Positions 55,229 to 64,000 of a DNA stretch of 64,000 nucleotides are shown here, in pieces. The stretch lies in NCBI GenBank assembly GCA_963693365.1, contig CAVNZM010000003.1, positions 13,421,252-13,485,251 on the forward strand, written 5' to 3'. Source of the stretch: Amoebidium appalachense. Its lineage: Eukaryota; Protista; Ichthyosporea. The first letter of the stretch is position 1; every line of letters starts with the position of its first letter. The notes under the pieces are model-generated. The model saw only the letters and a program-made list of their open reading frames with translations, was not told the origin of the DNA and ran no database searches. The position numbers and the translations under genes are program-made.

Positions 55229-57197
55229 GGTTTTATTTGTGGAAATTATTGACATAAATATTTTTCTGGGTAAACACGTAGGATGGGTGTCCGATATCAA
55301 CAGGCTTTGTTTCATGTTTTAGCAGTTCGCGTTCGGCTGCCCGCATACGGGCACCTATTAGCCGATCAAAACATCAGATTCCACAGATCACTAGACCGAG
55401 TCTGATTGGCTCAGGATAAGATTTCACATAACACTAGATCGGTTTTGATTGGCTCAGTTCGGTAGCCGTAGGTATATAAGCACGACAGTTTTTAGCAGAT
55501 CAGCAGGCAACAACACATCTTCTGTGTTTAGCACCTACAGCTTTACAGCTATATTTTCTTTTCACTCTCCCTATCTTTCCGTACGCCGGTCAGCATGCCG
55601 CCGAAAAAGCGCCAGGCCTCAGCCACTGCCCCTGCCGCGGCACCCAAGCGCCTGACCCGCAGCGACCTCCGCCACAGGCTGACCAACGCTCCCGCGGACA
55701 CTGACGCGCCTCCAGCGGCCCAGACCACCTCGGACCCGGACCCGCCGGCTAGTCTCCCCTCCCCTCCTGAAGCCCCCCCTCAGGCCCCGCCGTCCCCGCA
55801 GATGACTTCTCAAGACGCCGTCCTTGCCGCCCTTACCGCCATCAGCACCCAGATGGCTGGCGTCCTGGCTGCTCTCACCAACCGCGACCCTCCCGCGCCC
55901 TCCACCGCGCCCTCCGCACCCGGGGAGGTTTCCCCGGGGCTGCATCTCGGCCCTGACCTAGACCTACCTGCCCTGCCCGCGCCCCCCATCACAGGTGAGA
56001 ACACTGGCGACATTCAGCCGGGCACACTCCCGCTTCCCCCCGCGGATGTGCTGGCAGATTTGCGCGCCAATCGTTTCGTCGACCTGTATAAGTTCACCCC
56101 CGCCGCCCTCCTGGCCCCATCCAAGAAAGGTCAGCATCTGCGCATGGCCGACGACGGCAGCATCGAGACTTTTCGCCAAGACAAACCCGTTCCCCTGCGT
56201 TCACTCGTCATTTGGATCCAGGCTTGGACCCATTACATGGCCGCCAAGCACCACCTCGGCCTCCCCACGGACAAAGACGTACTTTGGACTCAGCACATCA
56301 CTCGCCTCAGCACCCGATACCCGTGGGCCCAGATCCACAACTATGACGTATACGCCCGAACCGTTGCCCACCAGCAGGGTCGGGCTCCGATCGAGTGTCC
56401 CAACCTGCTCGCCCAACTCCACCAGGATCTCCTCTTGCCACCCACTCTGCTCATCCCGGACGCATGTCAGCGCTGTGGCTTCCCTGACCACCCCAGCGCG
56501 GCCTGCCCCATGTACCCCAAGCCCGGCTGTGGTCTTGACGGCTTTAAGCCGCCCCACAAGCCCGGCGGGGGTCAAACCCCTAACCGCCCTGGCCCGCAAC
56601 CCGGCCCGGCAAAACCGGCCCGACCCGTGGATCTACCCGCGACGCACTGCAGGAATTTCCACATTAACGGTCGGTCCTGCGCTAAGCAGCCCTGCCCCTT
56701 CTCCCACGTGTGCCCGCTCTGCTCTGGCACACACACCCGCAAAGACTGCAAACACAATGCCTAGTCTACGCGCACACCCACACACACAGCTAGAACATAG
56801 GGGTTAGGAGCTAGGACACACGAGTACAGGGAAACGGAGCTCGGGAGAACGGGCCCATAGGGCTGAGTACAAAATTTCGCAGGCCAAACTACGGCGCCCG
56901 CGCGCGTCAAGAACAAATGTCCCTACACAAAGACGTTTATTCTGGCCACTGCACATAATTTTACTCCCCCCCCCCCATCCCACGAGCCTCCCCCCCCCCT
57001 TACACTCACCTAGCACTCCCCTCCCCCCTTCTTCTACCTCTGTGTCCGCCCACACCCCCGCGTGCTCGGGCACATTCCCCTGCACAGGGCCCCGCTGCCC
57101 TCCCTGCCAAGCTTCACTCGGGCCCAGCTGCCCTACCCTAACCCCCCCGGGGCCCTGCTGCCCCCCCCGGTAGCCGTAGGTATATAAGCACGACAGT
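55229..57197 (+). mobile_element. YR retrotransposon 5' part (A1, gag), internally deleted into A2 and broken by inversion
   Basis: Starts GGTTTTATTTG; after the poly-C at 57168 jumps to A-repeat sequence GGTAGCCGTAGGTATATAAGCACGACAG. Confidence 0.9.
55595..56764 (+). CDS. Gag-like ORF1
   Basis: 389 aa, intact. Confidence 0.9.
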   Translation: MPPKKRQASATAPAAAPKRLTRSDLRHRLTNAPADTDAPPAAQTTSDPDPPASLPSPPEAPPQAPPSPQMTSQDAVLAALTAISTQMAGVLAALTNRDPPAPSTAPSAPGEVSPGLHLGPDLDLPALPAPPITGENTGDIQPGTLPLPPADVLADLRANRFVDLYKFTPAALLAPSKKGQHLRMADDGSIETFRQDKPVPLRSLVIWIQAWTHYMAAKHHLGLPTDKDVLWTQHITRLSTRYPWAQIHNYDVYARTVAHQQGRAPIECPNLLAQLHQDLLLPPTLLIPDACQRCGFPDHPSAACPMYPKPGCGLDGFKPPHKPGGGQTPNRPGPQPGPAKPARPVDLPATHCRNFHINGRSCAKQPCPFSHVCPLCSGTHTRKDCKHNA

Positions 57198-59129
57198 CCC
57201 CAAGAAGGAAGAGCCCAAGGCCTCGATGTTAAATTGTATAAGTATTTGGGATGTAAGCAGAGACACAGTGGTGCAGTGTGAAAACACCACAGACACACAC
57301 AACAACAAAACACGGAACGATCGGAGCAGTGTACACAACAGACATCAATGTTTAGACACGACTGAACTGAATTTATTCTGATCTTCGAATAAATACCTGA
57401 AAGTCCTCTAAGTCCAATCCATACATGATTTCCGACCAGTCGGAAATCAGATCTATCTCTAATAGAAACCAATCACTAAGAACCAATTGCTTTCAGAGAG
57501 ATCCGGTACGCGGAGACGCACACGATAGGACACAGACACTAGTTAAGGTCAACTTGTGTCATCATCAAGGAAGTTCTAACCTATGACATACTGCAAAGAC
57601 TCAGACATATCACACTTAACCTTGATGATTGGTTAAAGCCCGGCAACACATGAAAACTAAAGTAAATTAATGAAGTCTAAACACACATGCTATTCTAAGT
57701 GTAGCCTAAGTGTGTTACCGTCCAATGAACACGTATTAAGTAACACAAATCTACCTAACATATATTAATAGAAAAGAAATACGATTATACACATGAAGAC
57801 AAAGAGAGAAAGAAAAGAAAATAAGGGAGGAGAAAGAGGAAGGAAAAGAGAGCACAGATCAACAAACAAGATAGCAATAGCATAACTATAACCAGAGATA
57901 TTTATGTACACACGAACATGTACACGTCTCTCCCTGAGTGGGTGGATCCGTGTACACACATATAAATATTCTAATCGATATTACAATACACGATTAGAGA
58001 CGATACAACATGATTACAAGTATACAAGCATATCGGAGATCGATGCTTCATTTTACATAATAGGAGTGTGGCATATACACTAAGCATATGAACTGAAACA
58101 TAACACAAACTGAGAAGATCTTACCATATGTAGATACTACGTATTACAACACTCGAGGCATGCCCTGTATGAGTACCGTGTGCGAGGGGGGAAGCTTTCA
58201 GACCTGCCCCTTGGTATTGACGGCCCCACCACCACCACCCCCAGCCCCACCCCCACCCCCACCCCCGCAGCCATCGGCTATGACGGTGACGTGACGACGT
58301 ACCCAAGTACCAAGAGGGCGGTCTCGCAAACAGGGGGTGCTGCCGCCGTGTGGAGACCCCCCACGTCCCCCGCCCGACCCGACGAGGAGGGGGTGCTGAG
58401 TCCCTTTTGGCAGGGGTTGCGGGAACACCTTGACATGCTCGGGCGGGAGAGCCTGGAGGAGTTCACAAGGCGGGTGAGGGAGGACCAGACGGGGTGGGAC
58501 CACCCTGCCGTGGCCTCCTACGTGAGGGGGGTGTTCATGGGGGCAGCACGCCAGCTTCTGGGCAACGTGGTAAGGGGCCACCATGGTGACGGTGGCCAGC
58601 CGGCTATTGCTGACGGCGGTGTTGGTGGCGGTGGCCCGAACCTGCAAGAGGCTGTGTTGGGGAACCGTGACTCCCTCGGAGAACTCCAGAAGGTAGCAAA
58701 GGGGGTAGCTCTGCACATGCTGAAGGTTGCTACCAAAGGTAACAACACTGGCGTACCACGGCTACCGTACACGCCAACAGCCACGGCTACTGCTCACCCC
58801 ACCCCCACAGGCACCCCCACGTGGCCACATGGTCCGAGCTTCCCCGTGCCCACCCCCACCGGTGCCCCTTCACCCACAGCCACCCCTGGGCTGGCAGCGG
58901 CCGTGCACCATCATGCCAACTACGGGAGGGGGGCATGCCCAGGCACCCACACCACCCGCACGTGCGTGCACACGTGCACAGGTCAGGGGTTGTGCCGGCC
59001 AGCCATGCCGCCGGGTATGTCGAGGGTGGCCTGGTCCCTATGTCTGCCCGTGGGGTGTACCGTACCAAGACAGCCAGCAAGAAGAAGAAGAAGAAGGCGG
59101 CCAAGAGGAAGAAGGGTGCCGGCAAATAA
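57198..59129 (+). pseudogene. C-terminal half of a viral Pro/Thr-rich protein with a Lys-rich tail (interrupted by the solo LTR)
   Basis: Removing the LTR and one TSD gives in-frame PKKEEPKASRHALYEYRVRGGK...; probable frameshift to ...KTASKKKKKKAAKRKKGAGK*. Confidence 0.65.
57227..58151. mobile_element. Solo LTR (925 bp)
   Basis: TGTT...AACA termini; 5-bp TSD CTCGA at 57222-57226 and 58152-58156; related sequence at 63537-64000. Confidence 0.92.
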
Positions 59130-59160
59130 TCTACGTCATTAGGCAGCAGCGGCGGCAGAC

Positions 59161-59615
59161 ATGGCACACAGCACCGAGCACATGCGCATGCACGCTTTGC
59201 CCCACACGCTGGCACCCCTCCCCGTACCCCCTACCCTACCGCGCCCGACCCGCACCACAGACCCGCCCGTTCTACGGCCCGGGCAACGTCATCGAGGGGC
59301 CAGGGGGGACCATGAGGCCCAGACCCCCCCACCTACACACCGTGGCCCGTGGCCGCCGACCAGAGCTCCTTCCAAAACTTTTAAATATTGTGTGTGCTAG
59401 TGTAAACAGCCTGCAGCACCATCATGGAGCTCAACCCCGGCGGGCCCCCCCACACGCAAGAGGCCGTTTATCTTCCCGGAACAGAACAACAACCTGAATG
59501 TCATGGACGTGTCCACCATACGGGACTTTCGGCAACGTCCCCTGGCCTACGCCGTAAAACTGTCCGGCGTCAACTCCAACAGACCCATTCGTACGGCACC
59601 TGTGGTGTTCAAATA
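59161..59615 (+). pseudogene. One or two small, tightly packed viral ORFs (frameshifted)
   Basis: ATGs at 59161 and 59424 after short spacers; Pro/Arg-rich; no recognised domain. Confidence 0.35.
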
Positions 59616-59748
59616 AACCTGGGCGGGTCGACGGTAGTGTGGGCACGTGCTGGCACACCCCCACTACCCTCACACGCCTGCCACAACCCCATTCTATTGT
59701 GCACAGTGTTGTCTCTAAATGCAGAGCAGGTAGCACCTGGCTACCCGC

Positions 59749-60358
59749 CTACAGGCAGAACATGTTATGTTCCACTAGCATGTGGTAGTTTTTAAGGTCC
59801 CTCTCCAGCCGTGCCCACACCCTATCGCTCTTTACTCTAGTCACTTTGCTTTTGACCGTGGGCACCAGCCTGGCTATTACTCCCGCGTCCATACCACGCA
59901 CTAACCCTACCATTTTCACCAACAGGAAGGGGTACCCCACAAAGTTCTTCCGTGTGTCCTCCTTGTGTCTCCGGTGCCACGACAAGCAAAACTTAAACAT
60001 GCCCGTCAAGACCTCCAACTGCTCGCACGTAAACCTGGGGAGGGGGTGCCCGTACAACCTGTTAAGTATGTAAGGCACGCGTGTGTAGTGTTGGGTGAGT
60101 TTGTTCTGTCTCAGCACCCTCCTTGCCTGGTCGGCGTTCTCTATGCCTTGCACGCCCCTGAATGCTGCCACCACCCCCTCCTGCATGTCACCCATACTCG
60201 CATTCAGGCCCTGCACCGACTGCAGCAGCTGCTTGAAGTGGTTAAATGTGTCTGTATGGCTGTGACCTCTTTCTGTCCCAGAAGGCCGTGCACCCCTCAT
60301 ACGTCTTCCTCCCCTCCCCGTCGCTGCCCTCTCACCCCCTCCCGTCGTACACCCACAT
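59749..60358 (-). pseudogene. VLTF3-like (poxvirus A2-type) late transcription factor, C-terminal domain
   Basis: NHFKQLLQSVQG, VLRQNKLTQHY..VPYIL..L.G.PLP, RKNFVGYPFLLVK; removing one T near 60245 restores the conserved YRHINHF; one in-frame TGA upstream. Confidence 0.88.
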
Positions 60359-60916
60359 CAGCAATCTTGCCGAAACATCCGGAACCCATAAAAGATACAT
60401 TGAAGATATCCATATACTCAAACCCATCCTGAACATAACCCTACATCCAGTTCATGGGTTTAAGATATGTAAATATAAATGGATATTAATCTTGGATATC
60501 TACGGCTAATATGTATATAGATATCTGTTAAAACCCTGATATCCATTGGATAACTACTGATAGGGATCCACTAGATATCCACGGGAAACGTGATATCCAG
60601 TGGATATCGAACACTAGATATGCAAATACACATGCACAACATATATAATGGATATGTGACGAAGGGACCCAGTGACAGGTAACCTGCTCAATATTATATC
60701 CAATGTGATATGCACTATATATATGTAACATGCTTAAAATGTGCACAAATGAGATCGAATGGATATACAGCTCAGGTTTCGAACCACATCTGGATATCAG
60801 CTAGATATGGAAATACATATGTAGATAGACATACAATTAGCATATAATACGTATCTATTATGGGACGATGAGACATCAGTCATGACATTCTATATGCGCA
60901 TAACACATATTCAGAA
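60359..60916 (+). mobile_element. Second TIR and subterminal arm of the large DNA transposon (displaced by inversion)
   Basis: Starts CAGCAATCTTGCcgaAACATCC after AT; GATATCC-rich. Confidence 0.6.
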
Positions 60917-61212
60917 TCTATGAAAACTACTCCGGGACGTGTGTTGCCTCTAGGGGGACATCCCCTTGGACGAAAGTGAACCTGCAATGGTTGTAAACCA
61001 CGGCAGGCCCCCAGTCATCAATTTATTGATCCGTGAGGTCCTTGTGCCCAAACAACGGGGGAAGTCTTCGCCCCGTGAAAAAACAGCACGTATGTGGGGA
61101 TCAATGGGGGTTGAGTGTAGGGTGTAGGTGGGTGGGTGAAAAGAAAATATAGCTGTAAAGCTGTAGGTGCTAAACACAGAAGATGTGTTGTTGCCTGCTG
61201 TCGTGCTTATAT
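60917..61212 (-). mobile_element. 3' end (rest of A2, spacer, B2) of the YR copy that starts at 55229
   Basis: Same subfamily variant; picks up where 57197 stops. Confidence 0.85.
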
Positions 61213-63001
61213 GTCCAACAACTCTTTCTCAAAGTCCCACATGGGCTCCTGGAACTCGTAATTGGCTGGCGCCAGAGCGTTTGCGACGTCCAAGAGCGTG
61301 ACGTTGGACAAGGGTAGTTTCATTTTCCACACATCCAGCTCGTTGGTGGGCGTCGGTGTAGGTGTGACTGTGGGGTGGGCCTGGGACTCGGGCGTTGGGG
61401 GCGCAGGCACGAGGGGGAAGGCTTCGGCCCAAACCTGCAACGGCCACCCGCCAGACTTTGGCGGCCGTGGGGGTATCATGGCCGGCGGGTCGGGTCCACG
61501 GTAGGCAGGAGACTGGGGGTATGGCGTTGGTGCCGGTTGTCGTGGTGGGGGGAAGGGTATGGCCGGGGCAGTCGGCCTCCGCCGTGGCCCGTTACGACCC
61601 ATGGGCAGGCCGGTACCGTTCCCTTTGGCGGTTGACTGTGGCGGGGGTTGAACCGTCGGCGGCGGGAAGGGTATGGGTGGTCCGTCCGGCTTGGCCGGCA
61701 GGTGGGGTGCCACGGGGGTCTTTGGTGGGTGTCCGTAGAGCCCAACGGGGGGCGGGAAGGGTCCGTGTGGCTTGACCGGCAGGTGGGGAGCCATGGGGGT
61801 CTGTGGGTTGAGCTCCGGGGGGAAGGGCACGGGGGTGGCCGGTTCTTTGGGTGCCTTCCAATACAAGGACTCTGGCGGGGTGGGCATGGTGGGGCCGGTC
61901 ATATGGGGCGCCAAGACCCTCACGTGGAGTGGGGAGGGGTGGTTGGGGTCGTTGCCGGCCAGGGTAACCGGCCGTGGACGTGGCCAGGCACTGGTCGTTG
62001 GCTCGTCGTCGTCGTCGTCGTCATCGGGAGGCGTGTGTAGAGGTTGTACCGGGGCTACGGTGGGTCCGTGGGCTACCGCAGGCTCCACAACGTCGACGTG
62101 CTTGCTTGCCACGGCCACCGGCCCGGGCAGTGACCCAGGACGGGTTGTGCTCGTCCGTGTCACGGGCAGACCGGTGCCTTTCCCTTTGCCGGGCAGCCTC
62201 GACCGGTCTGGCTTGGACGTCGGCAGGGACCGGCCCGTCAAGGGGGGAAAGGGTATGGGTGGACCGTTGGGCTTGGCCGGCAGGTGGGGTGCCGTGGGGG
62301 TCTGTGGGTCAAGCTCTGGGGGGAAGGCCACGGGGACACGGGGCGGGGGAGGCACCTCCCATTTCAGGGACTCTGGCGGGGTGGGCATGGTGGGGCCGGC
62401 CACATGGGGTGCCAGGGGCCCGAAGGAGGGTGCGGGCTCGTTATGGGGCCGGCGGCGTGGTGTGTTTGGGGCAGGGGTTTTGGGCGGTGGGGGTGGCTTG
62501 GGAGGTGGGGGGTACGGTATGGCCGGAGCCCGGCCCGGGGGTGTGGCCGGGACAGGTGGGGGGAGGGGGTGGGGTCGGCAGGGGGGCCACGTCGGGCAAG
62601 GGGGGCGGAGGTGCCCTAGGTCTGTTCCACACGTACGTGCTACCGTACTTGTCCTCAAAGTGCTCATAGCCAGGGTGGTAGGCTACGTCTACCTTCACCA
62701 CCTCCGGCAACCGACCACCCCACCGCTCCAGTGGCTGGTTGGGGTCTAGATATGTGCCGGCCTTCTTGAAAAATGCCTCAACCCCACCCCTGACCAACGC
62801 CTTGTAGCTATGTCGGAGTAGTGAACTTTTGGGAGTCCCAAAGTACCCAACGGTGGTCTCCCGCCACTTGCCTGAATGCACGTCTTCCGGGTACTGGTAC
62901 TTGACAGTGTACCTGCCCAGGGGCCAAACCCTACTCGTCTCAGAGTCCAAGTCATCAGCGTGCCCATGAGGCTGCTGCACCTTGGGGGACATGGTGGACA
63001 C
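61213..63001 (-). pseudogene. N-terminal half of the viral proline-rich protein, with an internal ~55-aa duplication
   Basis: ORFs 62441-63001 and 61207-62667 linked by a frameshift; LAPH..GPTMPTPPESL.W...FPPEL.PQTP.APHLP repeated; apparent stop at 61207 is YR-derived. Confidence 0.65.
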
Positions 63002-63025
63002 GGTGTTGTTGTAAACTGGTGTTTA

Positions 63026-63403
63026 TTATTTCGCAGCGTACTGCGCCATGGGTTGCCGGGCAAAGCTGCCCTGGGGGTCACTGCTGTGCCCCACCCTCAC
63101 GGGCGTAAAGTCGACATAGTAGGACTTGCTGTTGAGGGGGAGCCCCCTGCTGCCCAGACCGCTCCTGCCGGGCATGGAGGGCACGTGGTTGTCGGTGGGC
63201 AGGTTGTTGAAGGTCGGCAGCCGGCTGAAGGGCACACCGTACACGCCGGCCTGGAAGGTGGCGTCCGTGTGCCGTGCCCGGTAGGGGGCCGCGTAGGCAG
63301 CCTCGTACTCGGCCTCGGGTGCCAGCTTGTAGCCGTACACGGCCGCCTGCGTGGGTGTGGGCGCCAGTGGAATTCCGTTGACGTTGGCCATGGTCGCGTT
63401 CAT
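63026..63403 (-). CDS. Small viral protein of unknown function
   Basis: Intact ORF packed between the capsid-like C-terminus and the proline-rich gene. Confidence 0.6.
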   Translation of the reverse strand: MNATMANVNGIPLAPTPTQAAVYGYKLAPEAEYEAAYAAPYRARHTDATFQAGVYGVPFSRLPTFNNLPTDNHVPSMPGRSGLGSRGLPLNSKSYYVDFTPVRVGHSSDPQGSFARQPMAQYAAK

Positions 63404-63442
63404 ACTTGCTAGGTGGCCCACACAATTTGCACCTTTGAGTTA

Positions 63443-63536
63443 TTAAGCCTCCACCGTCACCTCACGGGCACCGGACAGCACCAGCACGTTCTCGTGGTGC
63501 ACGAAGGTGTCGAGGGTCAGGTCGTCCTGAACCGTG
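63443..63536 (-). pseudogene. Probable C-terminus of a double jelly-roll major capsid protein
   Basis: LTLDTFVHHENVLVLSGAREVTVEA* resembles the final strands of Polinton/PLV MCPs; only ~30 aa visible. Confidence 0.5.
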
Positions 63537-64000
63537 TGTAAAATTGTATAAGTATTTGGGATGGAAGCAGAGACACAGTGGTGCAGTGTGAAAACACCAC
63601 AGACACACAACAACAAAACACGGAACGATCGGAGCAGTGTACACAACAGACATCAATGTTTAGACACGACTGAACTCAATTTATTTTGATCTCGAATAAA
63701 TACCTGAAATTCCCTTAAGTTAAATCCATACATGATTTCCGACCAGTCGGAAATCAGATCTATGTCTAAAATAACCAATCACAATTAACTGATTATTTCC
63801 CGGATAGATCCGGAGACACAGGAACGCACACCATAGGTCACAGCTATAAGAAAGAAATGAGGTGAAGAGTAACGAGGAAAGAGGTGATGTTTCTAACCTA
63901 TCATCGGCTACAAAGACTCAGACATTTTCTGACTAAGTCCACTGATTGGATATAGTACGGCAACACACAAAACAAAAGTGGTTGACTAAGCTATGAATCA
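63537..64000. mobile_element. LTR of the same family as 57227-58151, running off the window
   Basis: Starts TGTA; first ~250 bp highly similar to the solo LTR, then diverges. Confidence 0.88.

Noticed and set aside
55995-56807. 270-aa alternative frame overlapping gag
   Set aside because: Starts at the GTG of the predicted splice donor, has no recognisable motif and stops before RT; conservation reflects copy identity

Overview
Eukaryotic, repeat-saturated region with CA microsatellites, poly-C/G tracts and GT-AG introns, and no clear host gene. It can be read as a nested stack. The outermost layer is one endogenous Polinton/adintovirus-like virus. It has a protein-primed PolB (6547-12210), a poxvirus-type late transcription factor VLTF3 gene, proline/basic structural-type ORFs and a probable major-capsid C-terminus (63443-63536). 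The VLTF3 gene is split at 12956/60358 by a ~45 kb DNA-transposon-like insertion with CAGCAATCTTGC ends and an AT duplication. That insertion contains Plavaka-type transposase exons, a 183-bp satellite, two tRNA-derived SINEs, several Ngaro/PAT-type tyrosine-recombinase (YR) retrotransposons, a large fold-back and an intronless kinase/PP2C pair. A later ~4 kb inversion (57198-61200) disguises this arrangement; undoing it restores two reading frames. Also present are an integrase-deleted Copia element with near-identical LTRs, a solo LTR and the start of another LTR. The YR retroelements appear to express their recombinase by splicing. CGC/GCG depletion differs sharply between elements. All calls come from reading motifs by eye, with no database searches. 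Frameshifts in homopolymers may be assembly errors.
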